Source: Cyanophora paradoxa CCMP329
Lineage: Eukaryota; Plantae; Glaucophyta
Length of the DNA: 64,000 nt
Reading direction: 5' to 3'
NCBI GenBank assembly: GCA_004431415.1
Contig: QPMI01000428.1
Coordinates: forward strand, 440,514-504,513
Shown: positions 1-13,300 of the stretch, piece by piece
How positions within the stretch are numbered: the first letter of the stretch is position 1
Layout of the letters: each line of letters begins with the position of its first letter
Translations under genes and position numbers: made by a program
Notes under the pieces: generated by a model
Told to the model about the DNA's origin: nothing
The model's database searches: none
The model's input: the letters and a program-made list of their open reading frames with translations, nothing else

Positions 1-2256
1 CCGGCGCTCAGCCGTCGGCGGCGGCGGCGGCGGCGGCGGGGCTAGGTAGAGGCAAAGGGGGCTAGGTGTGGGTACAGCGCCGGCTGAGGGTACGGCAGGG
101 CGCGTGCCGGGACCTAGGCGTCGGCGGCGGAGGGGGGCGGGGGGGGCTCGGCGGGGGTACGGCGCTGCCCGGGGGTACAGGGGGGGGAGGCCCCGCGGGG
201 GAGGGGCCGACGGCGACGGAGGAGGAGGGGGGGGGGAGGAGGGGGCGCGGGCGAGGCCTAGCTGGATGGGAGGGCGGGCGGGCGGGCGGGAGGGCGGGCG
301 CGCGCACCCCCTTGGGGATCTTGTAGTCCCCGAGCGTGTCCTCGCTCGCAGTCTCGCGCATCACCGCCGGAACCACCGAGTAGTAGCGGACTGCGGAAGA
401 CCATAAGGCGGTGGGACAGGGCGGGGCGGGCGGCAGAAGAAGAAGAAGAGACGCGAGGGGTACGCACGGGTCTCCTTCAGGACGTTGCCGGTGTACTTCA
501 TGGCCTGCGTACCCCCCCCCCGGGTCAGAGGGGGGTACCCCGGGGATCCGTTTGAATCGATGGGGGTACCTGGAGGTCCTCGAAGGTGGGGATGTCACGG
601 TCGCCCATCACGCGCTCGACCTCCTCCAGGAGCTGCGGGGGGTACGCCGCGCTCGGAGGGGTACGGGGAAAGCAGCGCGGGGGAGGGGGGTACGGGCGCG
701 GGCACCTTGGCGAGGACCTTGGGGTGCTGGGTGAGGGCGTGGACGGTCCAGGTCAGGAGCAGGCCAGAGGACTCGTGGCCGGCGAGAATCATCGTCTTGG
801 CCTGCCGGCGCATGACGGATCAGATCAGATCAGATCAGATCAGATGGGAAAGGATCAGATGTGATCTGACCTCGTCGGCGATCTGGTGATCGGGCATCTT
901 GCCCCCGGCGACCCAGTCGCTGAGCAGATCGTAGCGCGGCTTCTGCGGGGGCGCTCAGCTGAGCGGAGTAGGAGAAAGAGGGGGGTACGACGCACGTCTG
1001 GGTGCTCCTGAATGTCCTTGCGGCGGTCCTCGATGAGCTTTCGGACGATGCGGTTCAGCTCCGCCTCGTTCTTCTTGAACTGGAACGTTGCCGGAATCGG
1101 AAGGTACTGCGGGGCGGGCGGGCGGGCGGGCGGGCGGGCGGGCCGGGGCCGTCAGGACAGGTCGAAGCGGAGGGGCGGGAGCTGGGGTGCGGCGCACGGG
1201 GCGGAAGGGGTAGAAGATGCGGGTGTTCATCTCGTGCATCATGGAGAGGTAGAGGCGGGGGATCGCGCTGTCGTCCTCGAAGGACATGCCGAACGAGGCC
1301 TGCGGGCGGGCGTGAGGGGCGGCCGCGCCGGGCGCGCGGGGCGGGGCGGGGCGGGGCGGGAGGGCGCGGGGGGCGCGCACGCGGCAGATGACGTCGAGAG
1401 TCAGCATGCGGAAGTCGCGGGACACGTCGAACTTCGACGTGGCGCCAGGCGCGGGGCGCCAGCGGTTGAGCAGCGTCACGGCGGTCTGCGGCGCGGGCGC
1501 GTCAGGCGGCGGCGTCGGCTGCAGCGCGACGCCCGCTGCGCGGCGCGCACGTCGGAGAAGATGGTCAGCATGCTCTTGAGGTGGGCGGGGTCGAAGGAGC
1601 GCGCGATGATCTGCCGCTGCCGCTTCCACAGCTCGTCCTCGGCCGAGACGAGGCCGTGCCCGAGAACGGGTGCGAAGACGCTGTAGCTCCATGTGTCTTT
1701 CAGGTAGTTCTGCGCGGGGCGCGCGGCTCGGCACTCATGCAGGCGCGTGGCACGCGGCGCGGCGGCTGGAGGCGGGCGTCGGGCGGACCTTGACGTTCGT
1801 GACGAAGATGCGGTTGCAGGAGGCGGTGTCGCACACGACGACGATGGGCTCCCACCACACGAAGAGCTTGTAGACGTTGCCGTACTTCGCCGACCAGCGG
1901 GCGAATGTCTTCCACGGTTCGCTGATCATGCTGAAGATGTTGCCGAAGACAGGCAGCCGCGCGGGTCCCGGCATCCGCCACATGCTCAGCGTCTTCCCGT
2001 GGAGATGGTACCGCTGCGACGCAGGCGCGCGACGCGTGAGCACGCAATCACGTCCCGGCGCGCTCGGCGCGTCCGACGACGCCGCGCCGCCCTCCTAAGG
2101 CCAAGAACGAACAGGACAGGTCGCCTAGACACGCGGCGGGAGGGCGGCGGGTTCCCGCCAGGCGGCGCGGCGCACCAGGAAGACGGTAACGGCGACGGCG
2201 GCGAGGCCCGCCGCCGCCGTTAGCGGCGTGAGACCGGACGCCAGGAGAGCGTCCAT
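1..2256 (-). CDS. Cytochrome P450, multi-exon, 3' end outside the window
   Basis: Manual splicing gives a hydrophobic N-terminal anchor (MDALLASGLTPLTAAAGLAAVAVTVFL), Pro hinge PGPARLPVFGN, I-helix AGHESSG (~770-800) and K-helix ExxR (LKETLRYYSVVP, split by an intron at ~390-470). The heme-Cys motif is not seen and should lie before position 1. Confidence 0.9.
818..845. repeat. (GATCA)n microsatellite in a P450 intron
   Basis: gatcagatcagatcagatcagatcagat is read directly. Confidence 0.85.
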
Positions 2257-2750
2257 TTCGTCCAGCACCGTCCGACGGGCCGGCGAGCCGAGGTTCTGTC
2301 CGGCGGTTGTACCCTGCCTCGGGAGCCCTTGACGCGGTGTGGCGCTCGCTTCGGCGCGGGCGCGCGCTTCCCGTCGGACCTGCCACGCTTGCTCGAGACC
2401 GAAGACGCGCGCCGCCCGTAACCGCTGGACTCGCCGCGCCGCGCCTGCATGCGCAGTCGAGCGCCCACTTTCCGGCTAGCTATAGCGACCTGCAATCGCC
2501 GTGGTAGTGCGAGCAACGCTCAATCTATGTTTTAGATTGCGGCCTGCACGCGCGCGCCATCAGCGCTCGGCGCCGCCCTCGAAACGCGAATTTGATCCAG
2601 CGCCGCCCTTAGGCGTGCACTGCACTGCGGCAGCAGATGAGCGCCCCGCTGCTATTAGCCATAGCACCGATGAGACAGCAAAGCTCAATCTCATTGATGA
2701 CACGGCTCGCACGCAGGCGCGAGCGCCGCCGCGCGGGCGGCGACACTAGG

Positions 2751-3790
2751 CTACGCGGGGTTCGCGAGGAGGTAGGTCCGGAGCTTGTCCAGCGCGCGGT
2801 ACCGGTGTGAGATCGTGTTCTTGATGTTCTTGTCCATCTCCGCGTACCTGCGGCGATGAGGGGCCCGTCAGGGGGACGCCGGCGGGCGGCGGGCGATGGG
2901 GCGGGGCCGGGGCCGGGGCGCGCGTCTCGTTGTAGCCGTCGGGCTGGAACACGGGATCCCACCCAAAGTCAGGCGGGCCGCGCGCGGGCACGATCTTCCC
3001 CTGCTCGATCGCAGGGCGTCAGCGCGCCGCCGGGCGTGAGGGGAGCGGTGGGGCGGGCGCACGTCCGTCCGGCCGGCGAAGGTGTGGATTTCCTTCCCCG
3101 GGCCCGTGGTGTAGCTAAAGACGCACAGCGCGTACGCGCTCTTGTCATCAAAGCCCGCCAGCATGCGGTTCAGGCCTGCGCGGGCGCGCGCGGGCGGAGG
3201 CGGTCGATCACGCGCCGCGGGCGAGCGGCTGCGGCGGCGGCGGCGGCGGGGCGGTTCGGCTTTGGCTCTCACCGTCGTGTCCGAGCTTCTCGAGGAACCA
3301 CTTGCTGCGTTGCGAGAGCGGCTTCAGCGTGTGCGGGCGTGCGGGCCGGGCGGCGCACATGTAGGGGCCGGGGAGGCCCTTGAGCGCGTTGAAGCAGAGG
3401 CAAGTGTCCTCCACGCACACCGGTCCGTTGACCTGCTCCAATGGCTCGCGTGGAGCCGCTGCGCGGTGCGCGGGGCGCGCTGGCGCACCTCCGCGGCGGC
3501 TATCCTGCACTTCTCTCGGCTGATGTCCTCCGGCTCGCCCTGAAGCTCCGGAACTGGTGCGGACGTGAAAGCTAAGCACGCGGATCATTTCGCGGGCCGC
3601 GGGCGCTCCGTACGCACGGTCGATCTTCTTGCTGACCATCGGGATGCTGTCGCCAATGATGGCGCAGACCTCCTCGAGCTTCTTCTTGTTGCCTGCGAGC
3701 GGATCCTTCTCGGGACGCGCGACAGTCGCTCGCGCGGCTGGTGGAGGCACCTGTGACGAACACGACGGGCGCGCGGCTCGCGGACGCCAT
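2751..3790 (-). CDS. ITPA: Inosine triphosphate pyrophosphatase (HAM1/ITPase), multi-exon
   Basis: Spliced product contains [53 protein letters not shown] and [11 protein letters not shown], which are the ITPase motifs. ATG at 3790, TAG at 2751. Confidence 0.95.
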
Positions 3791-4311
3791 CGCGTGAAAC
3801 CTGGAAGCCGCTGGCTTCACTGGCGAGGGCTTCACAGCGGCGCAAATGCGGCTTGACTTGCTCCGGACGCCGTTTGCAGGAGCGCGGAGCACAAGACCAC
3901 CCCCGCAGCTCGCGAACATTGTACCCTAGCTATGGGCCAGACCTCGAGGCCTGGCCGGGCTCCCCAGCTGCAGCCAACGCGTCCCTAGGCTCAAGCTATG
4001 ACAAGGCGAACCGATCTGCTAGAGCGCGTTAGCCTGCAGGCGGCGGAGCAGCCGCGGCAGCGGCAGATCGAATTTCGACTCTGGTGCCCGAATCGCGGCG
4101 AGCGCTGCGAATGGCACCGCTTACGAGCACGCAGCGGCGCGTCGGCAATTCGTGCACGAGATGAAGTGCTGCCTCCGTCCCGAATGTTGAAGCTTGCAAC
4201 GGCGCGCAGCCCGAACCTGTCCCTGTCACGGCGACGAGCGCGTGCTGCCGTGCACTCTTCGGGCGTTTGAACGCGCTTCCGTGGCTCAGCGCCGCAAGTG
4301 TGGGCTCCTCG

Positions 4312-5929
4312 CATGCTCGAGTCGGGCTGCCGGAGGTTTCGGACGTGAGCAGCTCGGTCAGCCAACGGCGCAGCTGGAGGCGCGCATCTCTTCGGCGGCA
4401 TCCCACCGACTTTAAATCTCAACTGGCCTGCCCGCCCCGCCCGGCGGACCCGTCTCGGCCGTTCGGGTCGCTGCGGCTCGTGCTGCCGGACGACGGCGTC
4501 ATCGCCCGCCCCGGCAGCTTCCTGCAGATCCGCTGGACCACCCGCGGCATGCAGAACCAGGATCGGTCCGCCCGCCCCGCCCCGCGCCCGCCGCCGCCGC
4601 CGCCGCCGCCTCCGCCGCCGCCCACGCGTCGGCTCCGCGGGCAGCTTCTTCTTCGCGCTGGTGCGGGACAGCGCGATCCCCGAGACGCTCGCCGCCGGCC
4701 CGCCCGACGGCCTCCTCCTCGCCCGGCCCCTCGTCGCCCGCATCGGCGTCGAGTGGAACTACGGTCCGTCGCCCCCGCCGCCCCGGCCCCGCCCCCGCCC
4801 TGCGCCAGCCCGGCGCCCGCCCTCACCGCCCCCCAGGGAAGCTGAACTGGTGGATCCCGGCCTCGATCCTCCCCGGCAGCTACCGCGTCTGGGGTACCCC
4901 TTCCTCATTCAATTCCGCCGCCGCCTCCGGTTCGGCCCGATCTTCCCGCCCTGCCGCGCCCCTCGAGCGTCCCGGGCTGCGGCTCCTTCGCCCTGCCCCC
5001 GGCCTGCGAGGCGCGCGCGCGCGCCGGCCCCGCCCCTCCCCGCCCCCGGACGCCCGCCCGACGCCCCTCCGCTGCGCTGCGCTCAGGCGGCGTCGGACGG
5101 CTGCGGGGCCGGGGGCGGCGGGGCCGGACGGGGAAGGGGCGGGAGGCGAGGACGTGTGCGTCGCGCGGGGCGGCGCCGGCGGCGAGGAGGCGGAGCTCGC
5201 AGAGGCGTCCCCTGCGCCGCCTCAGCTGCGGCGGCGGGGCCGGGGGCGGGGCGGGAGGAGCGGGAGGCGGCGGGGCCAGACGGCGGTCTCGCGGAGAGCG
5301 GCGGCGGCCGCCCCCTTCACCGCCCGCGCCAGCAGCGGCAGGTCCGTCAGCCTGCACGCCCGTCCATCGTCGGGGGCGGGGCGGGAGGGGGCGGGCGGGA
5401 GGGCGGGGCGGTCTCGAGAGAGAGGGGCGCCTGGCAGGCGCCTGGTGGTCCGGAGACGCCGTCAGCGCCGAGAGGGCGCGCGCGAGCCCCCGCCCGCCCG
5501 CCCGCCCCCCCGCCCGCCCGCCGCCTCGCCGCTGACCGCCCGCCCCACGCAGGTCTCGTCGCTATCGGAGTCTCGGAGCCAATCGTGATCGCCGGCGACG
5601 GGCCGGCCGCCGCGGCCGGCTCCCCCGGCTGCGTGGCGTGCGCCGCTTCGGACGGCGGGCCGCTCGTACATATACCCCTCAACGCCTCCGGCCTCCTCCT
5701 CACGTGCACCTCTTTCTCCCTTGCGCGCGGCCGCCAAATCGTCCTCGCTCGCAAACCCCGTGGTCGTACCCGCCGCCACCGTTCCCGCCGGGCTGGTCCA
5801 TACTTACGTATACCCCCTTCTGAAGTCGACCCGTACGCGTTTATAATGAACTTTGGGCGCAGCTGCTGCTATAAAAGGTCCAGTTTGCGGACCCTGCGCA
5901 TATGCATGCGCGCGGCGCCGTCGGCGTAG
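4312..5929 (+). CDS. Hypothetical multi-exon protein with a possible Ig-like (Kre9/Ser-Thr-rich GPI family-like) domain
   Basis: Exon-like blocks read LQIRWTTRG / FFFALVRD..ARIGVEWNYG / KLNWWIPASILPGSYRVWG and are separated by C-rich introns. Start, end and downstream exons are uncertain. Confidence 0.35.
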
Positions 5930-7079
5930 CCTAAAGCTAGCCTAGTAGGCCTAGGCCTAGGCATCGCGATCGCGCGCGCCGTTTACATACGAACGTAAAT
6001 TTTAACGTTGAGTGTTTAAAGGCATCGCCGAGCCTCGGAGTCGGCCGCGGATTATCGATATCGGATCGAGCGCGCCTAGCTACAGGCCTTATTAAGCGAG
6101 CGTTTAGCTACCGTTCCGTAGTACTAGTACGTATATACCAGCTAAAGTACCGTGACAAGTATACGTACCACGTGTAATAGTACTAGTACCCCTGTGCCTC
6201 TCGATCTAGATCTGACTCTGACCCACCGTAACGTTTTTGACTCCGTCTGCCAGGACCTTGTACCCAGCTTGAATTCCTCTTACGTCGACGACTTCATGAG
6301 CTGTCATGGCCCTTGAAAGCTCAAGGCGGACCCTACATGAAAGCTCACGGTGAGCCGTGACGCTTTCGCCACAGCCGTTTTTGAACGAGTACTTTCGAGA
6401 CAAAAAACCTCGACTCTCGGTCTGAGGCCGAGTTCTCGGAGATATAGATGAAAATGTCGTTTTTAATAATTATAATTAAGTGACTTTAAGTCAACGTTAA
6501 ATCATAAACATAATCTCAATTATTATAATTATACATCAAAGTAACCTCATTTATTGACATAATTATATTGAAGCAATCTCAGATTTTTGAGCGATCATTG
6601 CACTTTCCGTCATTGCCGTCATTGCCGACTCAAAGTCAATCGCCGTCAACGGCGTCAAGTCGTCCACTCGTCGACGTCGTCGTCGACTCGTCGACCAACT
6701 CCGACCGGTACAGTCTCGTCCGGGAGTCCGGGACTCCCCACGGTGGACCGTCGGTGCCACGGTGGTCCGCTTCTTCTTGCTATTAAGTATTGCTGCCAAG
6801 TCATGATCATCGATATCATGGCAATCATATCGATGGCATGATCAACGTTAACCTGCAATTATATAATTTTATATTGCAATGCCAACTTGCAAGTTGCAAC
6901 TTGGCAATGCCAACTTGCAAGTTGCAACTTGGCAAGCAGCGATCGCGAGATCCTAGCCGCTGAGCAATTGATGCAATTGGTGCAAGTTAGCCTAGCAAAT
7001 TATAAATTAGTGGCGAGATCGCGGCTATAGCTAGCTACAGCCGGCTATACCAAATTACTGCGTTCCATCGGCCTCGAAA

Positions 7080-7520
7080 ATGTAAAAGTTTTGCGAAATT
7101 TTTAGAAAAGTTTTGCCCCGAAAGAATCGAAATCATCGTCTAAAGTGCTTCAAATCGCATTCAAACACGTCTTTAACATTGGTGTACTCATGTTTATCGA
7201 TCGCCGGCTTGTGAGAGCTGCTATCTGCACATGAAACCCGCCTGCCCGTGTTTCAAGGCCAAGTATCCCCCCACCCAACAGGAGCCAGAAGCCCAAAAAC
7301 TCGCCTAGCTATAGGCCTTCCACGCTCAGAATAGCCTCAGATTGCCTTCTTCGTCGTTTATATCTTCATTAAACATCGCCTGAGCTGCCGCAAACGATAC
7401 ATTTCGGAGGATGAGGGGGGGTGGGGTGCAAAAAATTTCCAAACATTTTGGAGGCCCGAAACGGGGACCAAAACTTTTCTAAAAAGTTTTGCAAAAAGTT
7501 TTGCATTCTTTTTCCAAAAA
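7080..7520. mobile_element. Probable non-autonomous DNA-transposon remnant
   Basis: AT-rich island with an imperfect ~33-bp inverted repeat (7089-7120 vs 7462-7496; exact core TTTTTAGAAAAGTTTTG / CAAAACTTTTCTAAAAA). The right end reads ...GGCGAACCCTG, resembling a hAT-type CAGGG terminus. No matching left terminus or target-site duplication was seen. Confidence 0.4.
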
Positions 7521-10300
7521 TTTTGGGCGGCGAACCCTGGTCGCCATCAGGTTACGGTCCACTGACGCGGATCGCGAGTAAAATCGGAGTCATGCCTTCA
7601 TGATTTCAAGGGCCTTGCAAATTGCAATTGGAATCAAGCCTTATCCGCTTATCCGATGATCCGATGATCCTGACTGAACTTATCCAGTCGACGCGTACCG
7701 TCGCGTACGTCCGTGGCGGGCCGACGGTCCGCCACGACGGTCACGCGTCCGATTGACGGTATAGATCTCCCATGAACTTTCATCCATATCCGACGTTGCC
7801 CCCCACCCGCTGGTTCCTGCAGCTGATGCCAGCGCCGCCGGCTCAGGTGGTCCGCTCAGTCGGCTGAGTCGACTCAGAGTCCGAGTCTGTTGTTCCGAAT
7901 GGTTTCCCAAATTCCTATTCATCAAAAACCGACCTTAATAGAGGATTCTGGCAGATTGCGTCAACTTGAGCTTGAGATTCGAGTGCGCGAAAGCGTATCC
8001 TTTTTGGATTCGACCAATGGGCGTTCGTCCCTCTTCGGAGCCCCCAGGCAGGCCGGCAGGCTGCACGCTTGTATGCATAGCAGTCTGACTTGACGGTTCA
8101 GATAACGATCCGCGACCTCCACAGGCTCGCTCTCAATCAGTGCGTCTGGGCCCTGGGACTGGCGCGGCTGGGATGCGCAGGCCTGAATTTATAATGCGCG
8201 CATTGCACTTGATTCATGCGCCCCCAATTTCATGCTTTTTCTGCTGCATGTGGGCCATTAATTATAATTAGTGAGTCATAGTAACTAGCCTAAGAAATAT
8301 GCGCGCAGATAATTATTATGCGCCCGCTATTTAGGTCCGGTAGCCATATTATAGCCACGCATTAATTTCAGGCGCATCAATTATAAGTGCTACAGAGTTG
8401 CACGGTCTATAATTACACCGTTTTACACGGTATGGAATCATTATGATCGATCCCAAAGTCACTGCGGGCTGACACGGACTCAATCGGTCCGACCGAGTCC
8501 GACCGTCTCCGACGTCGACGTCGACGCGTACCGCCGCGTACGGTCGTCGGTCGGCGTCGAGTCGCCGTCGACTCAGAGAGTCGATCGGATCGCGATTCGC
8601 GAGTCGATCGCGATTGGCGACGTCGACTCGCCGAACGCCGGCCTTGTCGGCCCAGGCCGGCGCCTACGCGGGCCCGGCCGCCGGGCCCAGTACTAGTTAG
8701 CCGGGCCCACTGGGCCAGGGCGGCAGGGCCCGGATCCTGAACTTCGGAACTCGGAAGAGTCGGAACTTCGGATCTTGGACCGCCTCGATCAACCGTGGCA
8801 ACATCAGGTCCTCCTGGCATGCGCATGCGCACCCCGGCCGCGGGCCCTCACGGACATATACACTGACACTATATCATATTATATATATATATGATATATG
8901 CATCTACAGTACCAGGGCGCCGGGCGGAAACCAGCCTGCCGGCCCGGCGGCGGGCCCGGGGCAGGCCCCGGCCAACTTGGCAACTTGCAAGTTGGCAAGC
9001 GCCGCCGCTGCGCCGGCGCCGGCCGGGCGCCCCGCCGGGCCCGCCCGCCCGGGCCGCCGCCGCCGGCGGCCGGCGGCCAGCGCCGGCCGCCCATCGGCCT
9101 TCCCCCGCGGCCCGGGCCCAGGCTCAGGGGCCCGCGCGCCAACCCGGCCGGGGCGCCGGCCAGGGCCCGCCTGCCAGGCTGCAGGCTGCCGCTGGGCCAC
9201 CTGCAGCCTGCAGCTGCTGTCAGGCTGAGGCAGCCCGGCCCAGTGAGGCAGCCCGGCCCAGGCTAGCGCTGCTGCCTGGCAGGCCGCCCCCAGGCCGGCC
9301 TCCCGCCCCGGGCCCCTGACTCAGTGAATTCAAAGGCCGCGGCCCGCGGGCAGCTGCAGGCTGCAGCCAGCCTGTAGGCTGCAGTTAAGCAGGCCTGAAT
9401 TTTCGAATTCGAAGCGGCCGCGCATGCGCAGGCCTGCCGGCGCCGCCGCGAGCTGTCTGCAGCCTGGCAGCCGCTGAGCTTTCTTAATTCTGCAGGCCCT
9501 GGCAGCCGCCCTGCAGCTGAGGCCAACATCAGCTAGCTGCAGCCTGCAGTGCAGGCCGCTGTATGCGCAGTGTTACGCACGCGTGCGTCGGCGCGTTCGA
9601 CGGTCTGGCTTTGCACCAGGCCAAGGAGCTGCTGCTGCGGCTGTCCTCAGTTCGCATCATATAGACAGCCTAGTTTCGTCGGTAAGCGCTCAACGTTGAA
9701 GGGGCGCGCGTCTGCAGCTTCTTCCTGAGCTGGTACGCTTTTCGACCTCGCCGCTCCCAACGAGTCCGTTAAGAAGCTGGGCCCCTGGCCATGCATGGTC
9801 TCTAGATCTGGACTGACGCAGGCCGGCCGCAGTTGCGCATGCCAGCGGACTCGCGCCAGCTCTCGCTGTGAGGGCTCACATGATCATGAGGCGCGCGCAC
9901 AGGTGCGCCGGATTCGTGCTCGCCGAGTCAAACTTTCATTTCGTCATCCATATATATATATATATATATATATATTCTGTCATTTCGTCATCCATATATA
10001 TTCTGTGACTGCTTCTTCGTGCTGCTTCTGCGCCTGAAAGCGGCTCGCATGCGCAGAACGGGGGTTCTTCCCTGCACAGATACGGCACCCATGGCCATGT
10101 GCGTAATCATACGTATACATATACATATACACGCTCACTGCATAGTACGCTTGCAATCGGAGCTTTAGATCTGCGCCTGTTTACATCTATATGCTCTCAA
10201 TCTTCGTTAACGTTCGGCCGCGCCTGGGCTTACTTTATATATATGTGTGTGGTGTGCTCGCAGAAGTTCCGAACCGAACAGGCGCGGAGCGGCCGTGTAC

Positions 10301-13300
10301 ATGGCCCAGAGTGGCCGATGCAAACGCTTGCTTCTTCCAGTGCAAAAGCAAACGACGATCCTGCACTGTTTCGTGATACTCTCGGTGCTCGCAGCAGCAA
10401 TGACAGCTGCAGCACCGCTATGTGCCCCCCCTCAAGCACTGGACGGAGCCTGCACCAACCATGCTTGCAAGAACGAGGGCTTTTACGTACGACTTCCACC
10501 TGTTACAGCTTTGACTTCATTCAACCTCGCATCATTATGATCTTCGCAGGTGGACACTGTGAAGGGTGTTGTCAAGTGCGTCAAGACGTGTGAGACGCCG
10601 GGGACGACGCGCGTGGTGCGCGCGACTGATTATTCGGCGACTTATTGATCTGATACATATCAATGGTGTGACGCTGCGCATGCTTAGATCGCCACGGGCA
10701 TTTGCGAGGTGGCCGCTTGCAGACCCGGAGATGCCATCGCAGCCGGCACCGCGTGCGACTCCGACGCCACCTGCGCCAGCACGGACGGACTCTACGTGAG
10801 CACTTAACTATGCAGTACTATTCAGTGTCACTAGGAGAGACCCCCCCTTAAAGCTTACTACATACATGTTAGCTTCAGAGTTACACTGTTATCAATATTA
10901 GATCTCTATTAAGCTCTATCTCGATTAAGATCTCTCTCTATGTGTAAGTATACGTAGAGGCGAAACGTCTTCGAACGCAGTTGGATGGAACCGGACGCTG
11001 TGCAAGAACGGACTCGGGCATAGTCCAGAGGCTGCAGCGCTATTGGCGGCGATGGACTGGACAAGAGCACTTGTCACCGGCAGAGGTGCTGCGCGAACAC
11101 TTCCACCGCCCGCTTCGAATCAATCAAAACTAATACTACGAGCGTCTCGCCTAGCAGGCCCCAACCCCGGCAGTGCGTACGGGCGCCGAAGCGTCTCATT
11201 CAGAAGCCGAGGTGCCGCTCGCCGTCCCCGGCCGGCCCCGCTCGAATTTTTGAGCCGCCGCACCTGAGATTTCGTGCGCCACCCAAAGAAGGTGCCGACC
11301 GCCAACACACGGAATGGACGCCGGAACTTGTTACAGGAAACCACGGTGCTGCCGCCCACTCAAATGTTCACGCCACAGGAGCTGATCACCAGACCTCGTG
11401 CGCAGCCAACGCCAACAGAGACGCCGACGGAAACCCCGACGGAGACTCCCACGGAGACGCCGACGGAAACCCCGACGGAGACTCCCACGGAGACGCCGAC
11501 GGAAACCCCGACGGAGACTCCCACAGAGACGCCGACGGAAACCCCGACGGAGACTCCCACGGAGACGCCGACGGAAACCCCGACGGAGACTCCCACGGAG
11601 ACGCCGACGGAAACCCCGACGGAGACTCCCACGGAGACGCCGACGGAAACCCCGACGGAGACTCCCACGGAGACGCCGACGGAAACCCCGACGGAGACTC
11701 CCACGGAGACGCCGACGGAAACCCCGACGGAGACTCCCACGGAGACGCCGACGGAAACCCCGACGGAGACTCCCACGGAGACGCCGACGGAAACCCGACG
11801 GAGACTCCACGGAGACGCGACGGAAACCCGACGGAGACTCCACGGAGACGCCGACGGAAACCCGACGGAGACTCCCACGGAGACGCCGACGGAAACCCCG
11901 ACGGAGACTCCCACGGAGACGCCGACGGAAACCCGACGGAGACTCCCACGGAGACGCCGACGGAAACCCCGACGGAGACTCCCACGGAGACGCCGACGGA
12001 AACCCCGACGGAGACTCCCACGGAGACGCCGACGGAAACCCCGACGGAGACTCCCACGGAGACGCCGACGGAAACCCGACGGAGACTCCCACGGAGACGC
12101 CGACGGAAACCCCGACGGAGACTCCCACGGAGACGCCGACGGAAACCCCGACGGAGACTCCCACGGAGACGCCGACGGAAACCCCGACGGAGACTCCCAC
12201 GGAGACGCCGACGGAAACCCGACGGAGACTCCCACGGAGACGCCGACGGAAACCCCGACGGAGACTCCCACGGAGACGCCGACGGAAACCCCGACGGAGA
12301 CTCCCACGGAGACGCCGACGGAAACCCCGACGGAGACTCCCACGGAGACGCCGACGGAAACCCGACGGAGACTCCACGGAGACGCCGACGGAAACCCGAC
12401 GGAGACTCCCACGGAGACGCCGACGGAAACCCCGACGGAGACTCCCACGGAGACGCCGACGGAAACCCCGACGGAGACTCCCACGGAGACGCCGACGGAA
12501 ACCCCGACGGAGACTCCCACGGAGACGCCGACGGAAACCCGACGGAGACTCCACGGAGACGCCGACGGAAACCCCGACGGAGACTCCCACGGAGACCCGA
12601 CGAACCCCGACGGAGACTCCCACGGAGACGCCGACGGAACCCCGACGGAGACTCCCACGGAGACGCCGACGGAAACCCCGACGGAGACTCCCACGGAGAC
12701 GCCGACGGAAACCCCGACGGAGACTCCCACGGAGACGCCGACGGAAACCCGACGGAGACTCCCACGGAGACGCCGACGGAAACCCCGACGGAGACTCCCA
12801 CGGAGACGCCGACGGAAACCCCGACGGAGACTCCCACGGAGACGCCGACGGAAACCCCGACGGAGACTCCACGGAGACGCCGACGGAAACCCCGACGGAG
12901 ACTCCCACGGAGACGCCGACGGGAACCCCGACGGAGACTCCCACGGAGACGCCGACGGAAACCCCGACGGAGACTCCCACGGAGACGCCGACGGAAACCC
13001 CGACGGAGACTCCCACGGAGACGCCGACGGAAACCCCGACGGAGACTCCCACGGAGACGCCGACGGAAACCCCGACGGAGACTCCCACGGAGACGCCGAC
13101 GGAAACCCCGACGGAGACTCCCACGGAGACGCCGACGGAAACCCGACGGAGACTCCCACGGAGACGCCGACGGAAACCCCGACGGAGACTCCCACGGAGA
13201 CGCCGACGGAAACCCCGACGGAGACTCCCACGGAGACGCCGACGGAAACCCCGACGGAGACTCCCACGGAGACGCCGACGGAAACCCGACGGAGACTCCA

